A stretch of 64,000 nt of DNA from Oscillospiraceae bacterium. Lineage in GTDB: Bacteria; Bacillota; Clostridia; Oscillospirales; Ruminococcaceae. The translations under genes were made by a program, and so were the position numbers. This document shows, one piece after another, positions 16,347 through 23,652 of this stretch. How positions within the stretch are numbered: position 1 is the stretch's first letter; the number at the start of each line of letters is the position of its first letter. The DNA lies in assembly GCA_022791315.1 (NCBI GenBank), contig JAAVYW010000060.1, forward strand, positions 12,290 to 76,289. The letters are read 5' to 3'. The notes under the pieces are model-generated. The model searched no databases. It had not been told where the DNA came from and saw nothing but the letters and a program-made list of their open reading frames with translations.

Positions 16347-17135
16347 ATGTTTTTTTATGAATCCAGGCACGACCCTATTTCCATTTATCACGGGCACTTA
16401 ATCTCCTTTCCCCAGCATCTCCACCAGCACATTGAAATCCTCTGTATCCTGGACGGGGAGATGAAGGTGACGAATGACGAGGTGACGAACTACCTCCACC
16501 GGGGGGATATGAGCATCTCCTTCCCCAACACCCTCCACAGCTACGAGGCCACCGGCCCCTGCCACGACCTGATGTGCATCTTTGACGATTCCCTCGTCCC
16601 CTATTTTAAGGATAAGCTCACGAAATACCGCAGCGTCAGCCCCTTTATCCTGGATTCCCCTGCGGCAGTGGAGATTCTCCGCTATCTGGGCAAGGCCAAG
16701 GAGCTCTTGGACCAGCGCCGCAGTGTGGACCTGGTGGCAGGCTATATCAATCTCGTCATGGCCCTGGTGCTGGAGCAGCTCACCTTGGTCCGGCGGGAAG
16801 GGGGCAGCAAGTACTCCGAATGGTTTGTGGAGGTCCTCACCTATATCTCCCACCACTACACCGAAAAAATCACCCTGGCCGACCTGGCCGAGCGCATCTC
16901 CATCAGCCCCTACTACCTCTCCCGCAAATTCACCGAGCACATGAAATGCAATCTAAACGAATACGTCAACCAAATCCGCGTCAGCAGCGCCGTCACAGCG
17001 CTGAAGGGCACAGACAAGACCATCACCGAAATCTGCTACGAGTGCGGCTTTGACAACATCCGCTCCTTCAACCGGGCCTTTAAGGCGATTACCGGGGAAA
17101 CCCCTACCCAATACCGGAAACGGGAGGACGAGTGA
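16347..17135 (+). CDS. AraC-family transcriptional regulator (cupin + HTH)
   Basis: C-terminal double HTH (LADLAERISISPYYLSRKF...ITEICYECGFDNIRSFNRAFK). Divergent from the sugar operon. Confidence 0.8.
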   Translation: MFFYESRHDPISIYHGHLISFPQHLHQHIEILCILDGEMKVTNDEVTNYLHRGDMSISFPNTLHSYEATGPCHDLMCIFDDSLVPYFKDKLTKYRSVSPFILDSPAAVEILRYLGKAKELLDQRRSVDLVAGYINLVMALVLEQLTLVRREGGSKYSEWFVEVLTYISHHYTEKITLADLAERISISPYYLSRKFTEHMKCNLNEYVNQIRVSSAVTALKGTDKTITEICYECGFDNIRSFNRAFKAITGETPTQYRKREDE

Positions 17136-17181
17136 CAAAGAGCCCTGCCGGAACTGCGCTCCCACCCCCGGAAAGAAACCC

Positions 17182-17210
17182 TTGACATCTCCCGCTTCCC
17201 ATGCTATACT
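17182..17210 (+). promoter_or_regulatory. Promoter of the ABC-F gene leader
   Basis: TTGACA-17 nt-TATACT, about 230 nt upstream of the start codon. Confidence 0.55.
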
Positions 17211-17387
17211 ATCCCCATCTCAAACAGAAATGGGTGAAAAGATGCGTCTGTAAAATCTAGTTTTTCCGCTGTAAACAACAAAAGCCGCCTTGCAATTGGG
17301 CAGGGCAAGCCTTTTGTGGCGTGAAGACGGATTTTGCGGCCATCAGGGAGCAGTGTATCTGTGCGCTTTCCTGTCCTTTTGTCCTGC

Positions 17388-17419
17388 AAGCCGTCCTCTG
17401 CCAAGGGGGCGGCTTTTCT
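17388..17419 (+). promoter_or_regulatory. Terminator-like hairpin directly upstream of the ABC-F SD (candidate attenuator)
   Basis: AAGCCGTCC...GGGGCGGCTT followed by TTTC. AAAGGAGG and the ATG follow within 25 nt. Confidence 0.4.
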
Positions 17420-17443
17420 GATGCCAAAAGGAGGGGACGTATC

Positions 17444-18973
17444 ATGCTGCAAGTAAAGAACCTCACGTTAATCCACAAAAAGGACCTCACCACCCTTATC
17501 GAGGGCCTCACCTTCACCCTGGCCCCCGGCGACCGTGCCGCCATTATCGGGGAAGAGGGCAACGGGAAATCCACCCTGCTCAAGCTCCTCTTTGACCGGG
17601 AATCCGTAGACCCCTATGTGGAGTGGACAGGCGAAATCCAGGACAAGGGCCTGCGCAAAGGCTACCTGGCCCAGGAGCTCACCCCCGGGGAACTCTCCCT
17701 GCCGGTGTGGGAGTTCTGCCAGAGGAATCCCGCCTGGGCAGAGGCCAACCCCAAGGAGCAGGAGCGGGCCGCCCGCCAGGTAGGCCTAACCAGCGCCCTG
17801 TTCTGGGACGAGCGCCCCCTGGGCACCCTCTCCGGCGGCGAGCGGGTCAAGCTGCGCCTTGCCCTGTTGCTCCTAGACAGCCCCGATGTCCTGCTCTTAG
17901 ACGAGCCCTCCAACGACCTGGATGTCCCCACCTTAGAATGGCTGGAGGGCTTTCTCCTCCGCTGTCCCGCCCCGGTGCTCTATATCTCCCACGACGAGAC
18001 GCTCCTCTCCCACACCGCCAACCTCATCCTCCACCTGGAACGTCTCCGCCGCCGCACACTCCCCCGCTGCACCGTGGCCCGCAGCGACTATTCCTCCTAT
18101 GTGTCCCAGCGCCAGGCCGGCTTTGCCCGCCAGGAACAGCAGGCCCGCAAAGAGCAGGCCGAGTTCAACGCCAAGATGGCCACCTACCGCAAAATCCGGG
18201 ACAAGGTAGACCATCAGCAGAGCACCATCTCCCGCGCGGAACGGGATGGCCCCGGCCGTCTCTTAAAAAAGAAAATGCACTCCGTGCTCTCCATGGGCCG
18301 CCGTTTTGAGCGGGAAAAGGAGAATCTGACCGAGATGCCCGAATGGGAGGAAGCCATCCTCACCTCCTTTGACCCCGCCCGCTCTGCCATCCCCTCAGGC
18401 AAAGAAATCCTGCGCCTGGACCTCCCCCAGCTCACCGCCGGCAACCGTCTTTTGGCGGAACACCTGCGCCTATGGGTGACAGGCCCGGAACGCATCGGCA
18501 TCGTCGGCGCAAACGGTGCCGGCAAATCCACCCTGCTCAAACGCGTGGCAGAGGAACTGCTGTCCCGCCGCGACATCCGCGCGGCCTACATGCCCCAGGA
18601 CTACGGCGACTCCCTCCTGGGGGACAAAACCCCTGTAGACCTTCTGGCCCCCTCCGGCCAGAAAGAGGACATCACCCGCGCCCGCACCCTCTTAGGCTCC
18701 ATGAAATACAAAGCCGAGGAAATGGACCACCCTGCCGCAGCCCTTTCCGGCGGCCAACGGGCCAAGCTCCTCTTTCTCGCCATGGCCTGGGGCGGGAGCA
18801 ACGTCCTTCTTCTGGACGAACCCACCCGCAACTTCTCCCCCCTCTCCGCCCCTGTTATCCGCCAAGCTCTGGCCACCTTTCCCGGCACCATCATCAGTGT
18901 CTCCCACGACCGCACCTACTTGGAACAGGTCTGCACCCGTGTGCTGGAACTCACTCCCCAGGGCCTGCTCTAG
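17444..18973 (+). CDS. ABC-F family ATPase (two ABC domains, no TM; ARE/ribosome-protection-like)
   Basis: Start moved to MLQVKNL (AAAGGAGG SD). Two Walker A motifs (GEEGNGKST, GANGAGKST), two LSGG signatures, and a basic helical interdomain linker. Confidence 0.8.
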   Translation: MLQVKNLTLIHKKDLTTLIEGLTFTLAPGDRAAIIGEEGNGKSTLLKLLFDRESVDPYVEWTGEIQDKGLRKGYLAQELTPGELSLPVWEFCQRNPAWAEANPKEQERAARQVGLTSALFWDERPLGTLSGGERVKLRLALLLLDSPDVLLLDEPSNDLDVPTLEWLEGFLLRCPAPVLYISHDETLLSHTANLILHLERLRRRTLPRCTVARSDYSSYVSQRQAGFARQEQQARKEQAEFNAKMATYRKIRDKVDHQQSTISRAERDGPGRLLKKKMHSVLSMGRRFEREKENLTEMPEWEEAILTSFDPARSAIPSGKEILRLDLPQLTAGNRLLAEHLRLWVTGPERIGIVGANGAGKSTLLKRVAEELLSRRDIRAAYMPQDYGDSLLGDKTPVDLLAPSGQKEDITRARTLLGSMKYKAEEMDHPAAALSGGQRAKLLFLAMAWGGSNVLLLDEPTRNFSPLSAPVIRQALATFPGTIISVSHDRTYLEQVCTRVLELTPQGLL

Positions 18974-19016
18974 CGCTTTTGGCTTCCCCTCTCCCGGCGT
19001 CACTCCCAGCTTGGTT

Positions 19017-19222
19017 CTATCGCGCCGTAGGCAAAGTAAAGTTTCCGTTCACCCTTTTCAAAGGGTGGTGAAGACCAACTACGTTGGTCTGGCAAGAATC
19101 GCCTTGCGATTCTTGAAAGTCAAGCCGCAGGCTTGACTTTGTCGAGGGGCAAAGCCCCCGTCGCTCACCACAGTGAGCGAAATTCCCTTCTCCCAGGCGG
19201 CGTATTGATAACAAACCAAGGC
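19017..19222 (+). repeat. Mosaic hairpin element, copy 1 (conserved arms, 6 internal hairpins)
   Basis: The arms match 59031-59167. The core holds six abutting stem-loops with 5-11 bp stems. Confidence 0.7.
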
Positions 19223-19289
19223 TACCTCCCAGCCAACACGCCGCCTTCCACCCAGTTCCCCCTATCGCCATCACATCGCAACCTCTCGC

Positions 19290-19451
19290 CGCCTTTGCCA
19301 ACGGCAAACAGGCCCAGGCTTCATCTCGGCCTAGTCTTGTCGGTTCCCGCACCGACAAGCGGCTTCCTTGCCTTGCCGCAGGGAAGCGAAAGGCCCATAG
19401 GGGCAAGCCCCTATGTATAATCTGTATAGGAGCAAAGCTCCTATACAGATT
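19290..19451. repeat. Array of unrelated near-perfect palindromes
   Basis: TTTGCC-AAC-GGCAAA; CTTGTCGGT..ACCGACAAG; GCTTCC..GGAAGC; CATAGGGGC-AA-GCCCCTATG; and AATCTGTATAGGAGC-AAA-GCTCCTATACAGATT (15 bp). Confidence 0.7.
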
Positions 19452-19745
19452 TGGCAGTATCGGTAGGGGTCACTCGGGTGTCGGCGGACGCTCCGGTTGT
19501 TAGCGTTCTCCCCCTTTAGCAGTGACAAGGCCAGGTGAAGCGGGCTCGGTGCGGCCCCGATGTTAGTTCGCCTCGGCTCATTCGGGGGCAGACATGCTTT
19601 CACTAAGCCTCTCTATCCCCCCGCCCCCGCCCTTTTGGGGAAAGGGGGCCGCTTTTCCCGGGCTCCCTTTCCCTCTGTAAAGTTAGAATGCTGGCGCCGG
19701 CAAGTACCTAGAAAGATTTCGCTCTAGCCCCCATCCGGGCAAACC

Positions 19746-19787
19746 AAAAGGCCCTCTCCCGTGCTGCCGCACGGGAGAGGGCTTTTT
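19746..19787. terminator. Bidirectional terminator after the M23 peptidase gene
   Basis: AAAAGGCCCTCTCCCGTG-loop-CACGGGAGAGGGCTTTTT. Confidence 0.75.
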
Positions 19788-19791
19788 CCTT

Positions 19792-20616
19792 CTATTCTTT
19801 TCCCATCGTCGTCATGGGGTCTACAAAACCGCCGTCCTTTTTCATGGCAAAGTGCAGGTGGGTTTCCAGCGCCACCTCGGCGGTGATTTTTTCCGCCACC
19901 GAACCGATGGTCTGCCCAATCTCCACTGTGTCCCCCGCCTTTACGGCCAGCTCATCGTTGAGGCCGCAGTAAATGCTGGTTACACCGTCGGGATGGAGGA
20001 TTTCCACTGTGTTCCCCCACATGCCGTCCTTGTAGATTTTCGAGACCTTCCCGCCTCCGGCCGCCTTCACGGGTGTGGCGGCGTCGGCCTTGATGTCGAT
20101 GCCGTCATGGGTGCGCCAGTCTCCCATAGTGGGGTTTTTCACCAGCTCGCCGCCACTGAATGTCCCGATAATGTCACCGGATACCGGCAGCATATAGAGC
20201 ACGTTTTGCGAGGAGACGGATTGCGCCGGCTCTCCTGCACTCTCTGTAGAAACGGAAGAGGAATCCGAGGACTGCGCAGAGGAAGAGGCAGTCGAGGAGG
20301 AATCCTGCGTATCCGCCTTTGAAGTAACGGGCACATTGTCTGATTTTGTGTCTGCTTCCTGTAAACTTGGGGATGACCATTGGCTCTCCGCCTCCCGATT
20401 CAAATCCAGAATTTCCTGCGGGGTAAGGGTGTCCGCATTAGAGGTCAGCGGTTCCAGGGATTTGCTCTCAGGCGCCTCCTCCAAATCCTTCACCGTGGAG
20501 TTCACGGCAATCCACGCCGTCACGCCCGTTCCCACCAGGCACAGGGCCAGCGCCGCGTAAAAACCCTTCCCGCCAAATCCCCGGCCCCCATTTTCTTTTG
20601 TATTCATTGTTCCCAT
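19792..20616 (-). CDS. M23 (LytM) family metallopeptidase with N-terminal TM anchor (SpoIIQ-like architecture)
   Basis: Start moved to MGTMNTKE (AAGGAG SD). TM segment FYAALALCLVGTGVTAWIAV, S/T-rich linker, and a C-terminal M23 domain (HDGIDI ... LHFAM). Confidence 0.7.
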   Translation of the reverse strand: MGTMNTKENGGRGFGGKGFYAALALCLVGTGVTAWIAVNSTVKDLEEAPESKSLEPLTSNADTLTPQEILDLNREAESQWSSPSLQEADTKSDNVPVTSKADTQDSSSTASSSAQSSDSSSVSTESAGEPAQSVSSQNVLYMLPVSGDIIGTFSGGELVKNPTMGDWRTHDGIDIKADAATPVKAAGGGKVSKIYKDGMWGNTVEILHPDGVTSIYCGLNDELAVKAGDTVEIGQTIGSVAEKITAEVALETHLHFAMKKDGGFVDPMTTMGKE

Positions 20617-20865
20617 GGCCTTTGCACTCCTTATGAAAAATTTTGAGCCCATCCGTTGCCCGGGCGCGCGCAAAGCGGCCCGTCCGCAACCGCAGGGGCC
20701 ACAGCACAGAGCCGTCAGACACACTGTCCGGCCGTCTGCGGATGAGCTCTTGGCTTGGTTTCCTGCCTGCTATCCCTATTGTGAACCGGAAACCGCATTT
20801 TATGCAAAAGTGCCTGTGCAAAGCGATGTCCTCTTAAAACCAAAATCAATTTTTTCCGCATACTG

Positions 20866-20906
20866 CAAAAAACAGGCAGGCCGCGTTCTCCCGCAGCCCG
20901 CCTGTT
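20866..20906 (-). terminator. Intrinsic terminator after the sigma-4-like gene
   Basis: On the minus strand, AACAGGCGGGC-loop-GCCTGCCTGTT followed by TTTTTT. Confidence 0.6.
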
Positions 20907-20920
20907 TCCAGTTTCCCCTC

Positions 20921-21235
20921 TCAATCCATAAAATATCCCAGCACTTCCCCCAAGCTCCGCTTGGCCGCCGCCAGCCCCCGCTGCACCGAGGACTTGTTCA
21001 CCTGCAATTCCCTGGCAATACAGGGGATACTCTTCCCCTCAAAAAAATAGAGGGTGATGTACTCCCGCTGCCTGGGGGTGAGCACCCCCTCTAAAATGCG
21101 CGGCAGCCGCTTGCGGGCCAGCTGCAGCCCGCTGAGGTAGCTCTCCTGCTCCTCCGGGTCCTCCCACTCTCCACCGGTGCAGAGCCCGTTGCGCAGCGCA
21201 AAGTGCTCCAGCTGTTCCAGGCTGAGCTGCGTCAC
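20921..21235 (-). CDS. Small sigma-70 region-4-like HTH protein (about 104 aa)
   Basis: GTG start with AGGAGGAGG SD. C-terminus LTPRQREYITLYFFEGKSIPCIARELQVNKSSVQRGL. The longer G/E-rich N-terminus in the ORF track overlaps the upstream gene out of frame. Confidence 0.55.
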   Translation of the reverse strand: MTQLSLEQLEHFALRNGLCTGGEWEDPEEQESYLSGLQLARKRLPRILEGVLTPRQREYITLYFFEGKSIPCIARELQVNKSSVQRGLAAAKRSLGEVLGYFMD

Positions 21236-21498
21236 GATACCGCCTCCTCCTGCTGCACAAGGCCGCTCACCCGGCAGCCCGTGGGCTTGCTCCCCCTGTT
21301 TTCCACGCCTAAGTAGTCCGCCATCATTGCCAGCGCCCCTCTCATCTCCCGTATCTCCTGCTGCAAAATCCGGTTCCTGGCCTCCAGCTTGTCCCGTTCC
21401 ACCCCCGGTAAAAGGGCCGCCATTTGCTGTTCCAGCTCCCCGCTCCGCTCCTTTAGCTTCTCCATCGTCTCCCGATAGCTCTCCATCATCTTCTCCAT
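21232..21498 (-). CDS. 88-aa coiled-coil protein, function unknown
   Basis: Heptad-like charged sequence (MEKMMESYRETMEKLKERSGELEQQ...). GTGA start/stop overlap with the downstream HTH gene. Confidence 0.5.
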   Translation of the reverse strand: MEKMMESYRETMEKLKERSGELEQQMAALLPGVERDKLEARNRILQQEIREMRGALAMMADYLGVENRGSKPTGCRVSGLVQQEEAVS

Positions 21499-21749
21499 CC
21501 GGTGCCCTCCTCATCCTATAAAACATATGTTCTTTTCTATGTCTTTATCTTACCACGTTTTTCTCCCTATGTCAAGTATTATTTTAGAGTAAACTCTATA
21601 TTTGTTAGAACTTAAAGCAACAGTAGAAAAATTTCTTGCCAGCATGGGAAAGCCGTGGTATCGTAAGGAGGGAATGGCAGATACTAGGTATCGGGCCGCA
21701 AGGCCAAACCGAGACCATCCCTCAGCTGGAGGGATAGAAGGGGGCTGCT

Positions 21750-22424
21750 ATGGACTTCATTACATTAGAAAAGGTGAGCAAAACCTATTACGCAGGCACC
21801 ACGCCGGTAGAGGCGCTGTCAGAGGTGAACTTCACGGTATCCCAGGGGGATTTTGTGTCCATCATCGGGCGTTCCGGGTCGGGAAAATCCACGCTGATGA
21901 ACATCATCGGCTGCCTCGACCAGCCCACTAGCGGGCGCTATTGTTTTGCCGGCGAAGATGTAACAGCGTTTTCCGACGAACGCCTTTCCCGGCTCCGGGG
22001 CCGGGAAATCGGCTTTGTCTTCCAGGGCTTCCACCTGGTTCCCACCCTCACAGCCCAGGAAAACGTAGAGCTGCCGCTGCTCTACCGGGGCGTCCGGGAA
22101 AAGCAGCGGCAGGAAATGGCAAAAAAGGCGTTGGCAAAAGTGGGGCTCTCCGGGCGGCGGGACCATCGGCCCCAGGAGCTGTCTGGCGGGCAGCAGCAGC
22201 GGGTGGCAATCGCCCGGGCCATTGCTATGGAGCCCCGCCTTCTCCTGGCTGACGAGCCCACCGGCAACCTGGATGAGCGCTCGGGCCAGGGGATTTTGCA
22301 GATTTTGCGGGAGCTGCACGACAGCGGCAAAACTATCCTGCTCATCACCCACGACAGCACCGTGGCAAAAGCTGCCGCCCGCCAAGTCCTCATCTCCGAC
22401 GGCGTGCTGACCCAGGTGGGATAA
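21750..22424 (+). CDS. ABC transporter ATP-binding protein (MacB/LolD-type), no adjacent permease
   Basis: Walker A GRSGSGKST, signature LSGGQQQR, Walker B LLLADEPT. Confidence 0.8.
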   Translation: MDFITLEKVSKTYYAGTTPVEALSEVNFTVSQGDFVSIIGRSGSGKSTLMNIIGCLDQPTSGRYCFAGEDVTAFSDERLSRLRGREIGFVFQGFHLVPTLTAQENVELPLLYRGVREKQRQEMAKKALAKVGLSGRRDHRPQELSGGQQQRVAIARAIAMEPRLLLADEPTGNLDERSGQGILQILRELHDSGKTILLITHDSTVAKAAARQVLISDGVLTQVG

Positions 22425-22497
22425 CCGGGATAAAATCCCTCCCTGCCAACGCCGCAAAACGGGCAAAATTTGCGTCCTCAGAGAAAGGAGCCGTCCC

Positions 22498-23268
22498 ATG
22501 CAGAAAATACTCAGCGCCATGCGCAAGGCGATTACCGACTATCAAATGATTGTGCCAGGGGACCGGGTTGCCGTGGGCATCTCCGGTGGGAAGGACTCGC
22601 TGGTGCTCTTCGAGGGGCTGTGCAGGCTGCGGGCATTTCTGGACATCCCCTTCTCCCTAGTGGGCATCACCCTGGACATGGGCTTTTCCCCCCGCCCAGA
22701 CTATGGCCCTATCCACTCCCTGGCAGAATCCCACGGCGTGCCCTATCTGGTGAAGGACACCGGCATCGGCCCCATCATCTTTGAGGTGCGCCAGGAGGCA
22801 AACCCCTGTAGCCTCTGCGCCCGGATGCGCCGGGGTGCGCTGCACGACGCAGCCAAGGAGCAGGGCTGCAACAAAATCGCCCTGGGCCACCACATGGACG
22901 ATGCCGTAGAGACCTTTTTCATGAACCTCTTTCACGAGGGCCGCATCGGCTGCTTCTCTCCCGTGAGCTACCTCTCCCGCAAAGAGCTCACCCTCATCCG
23001 CCCCCTCCTCTATTTGGAGGAATCCCAGGTCTCCGGCTGCGCGGCGCAGCAGCATCTCCCCGTGGCCAAGAGCCGCTGCCCGGCCGACGGTGTCACGGCC
23101 CGCCAGGCTGCCAAGGAATTCGTCTCCTCCCGCTGCCGGGAGGACAAGGGCTTCCGCCGCCGCATCTTCGGCGCAATCCAGCGGGGCCAAGTCTCGGGCT
23201 TCCAGCCCCCCGCCCAGCCGGGACCCCACAAAGGGGCAAGCGCCCACAAAGGGGCGCGGGAGAAATGA
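22498..23268 (+). CDS. TtcA-family PP-loop tRNA thiolation ATPase
   Basis: SGGKDS PP-loop, CSLCARMRRG motif, and HH.DD motif. Confidence 0.7.
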   Translation: MQKILSAMRKAITDYQMIVPGDRVAVGISGGKDSLVLFEGLCRLRAFLDIPFSLVGITLDMGFSPRPDYGPIHSLAESHGVPYLVKDTGIGPIIFEVRQEANPCSLCARMRRGALHDAAKEQGCNKIALGHHMDDAVETFFMNLFHEGRIGCFSPVSYLSRKELTLIRPLLYLEESQVSGCAAQQHLPVAKSRCPADGVTARQAAKEFVSSRCREDKGFRRRIFGAIQRGQVSGFQPPAQPGPHKGASAHKGAREK

Positions 23269-23618
23269 AAGCGAAAAAATACATAACCCTCGCCTGCTTA
23301 GGCCTTGTCCTGCTGCTCCTCATCGCCCTGCTGCGGTGCTGCGCCCTGTTTTTCGGGTATCATGAGGAGGAAACCTATACCTCCCCCGCAGGCACAAACA
23401 CCATTGTTGTCAAGTACGACATGCTGTGCCGCCCCGATGTGTTCCAAAAGGGCCTGTTGTGGGACAAAAAAATCTGGAGCTACCCTGGCTCCGGCTTTAT
23501 GGAAACCGTCCACTTCGGCGTAGAGTGGCTCTCAGAGACTGAAATCCTCCTCACCTACGAGGACATCCGCCACGACGAATTCAACGAAGCCTACCGCATC
23601 ACCCTCCCCGCCTCCTAG
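23265..23618 (+). CDS. Membrane-anchored hypothetical protein
   Basis: ATGA overlap with the upstream gene. One N-terminal TM segment. No recognised motif. Confidence 0.45.
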   Translation: MKAKKYITLACLGLVLLLLIALLRCCALFFGYHEEETYTSPAGTNTIVVKYDMLCRPDVFQKGLLWDKKIWSYPGSGFMETVHFGVEWLSETEILLTYEDIRHDEFNEAYRITLPAS

Positions 23619-23652
23619 AAAACCGGCCCCGGAAAACACCGGGGCCGGTTTT

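Noticed and set aside
17230-17253. Treating the 7-codon uORF MGEKMRL in the ABC-F leader as an annotated leader-peptide CDS.
   Set aside because: It has no recognisable SD and lies only about 13 nt from the predicted TSS. It is kept as part of the attenuation hypothesis but is not supported well enough to list as a feature.
17321-17443. N-terminal extensions of track ORFs: the ABC-F gene from 17321, glmM from 32880, the methyltransferase from 34063, ruvC from 29513, ychF from 51660, the HAD gene to 24375, the response regulator to 48677, the AKR to 62512, and others.
   Set aside because: In each case a downstream ATG or GTG has a proper SD at 5-10 nt and matches the canonical family N-terminus. 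The extensions have non-protein-like composition or overlap upstream features.
19017-19603. Short ORFs in the 19-kb gap (19017-19406, 19133-19420, 19331-19603). I also tried to read 19452-19745 as tmRNA, RNase P, SRP or 6S RNA.
   Set aside because: The ORFs have no SD, have palindrome-driven translations, and overlap each other. I could not find the diagnostic motifs (tmRNA GGGG..UUCGA ends and tag ORF, RNase P GAGGAAAGUCC, SRP GGAA/AGCA domain IV). A cmscan is still needed to be sure.
20617-20865. A possible forespore-type (sigma F/G-like) promoter, GCATA-N15-..ACAATA, upstream of the M23 peptidase gene, which would support a SpoIIQ identity.
   Set aside because: The match was made from memory of a degenerate consensus and has several mismatches. 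It is too weak to report without a position-weight-matrix scan or expression data.
20921-21526. 201-aa version of the sigma-like ORF as given in the track.
   Set aside because: Its N-terminal 97 residues are G/E/A-rich and overlap the coiled-coil ORF (21232-21498), which has a far more protein-like translation. An internal GTG with an AGGAGGAGG SD gives a compact HTH protein.
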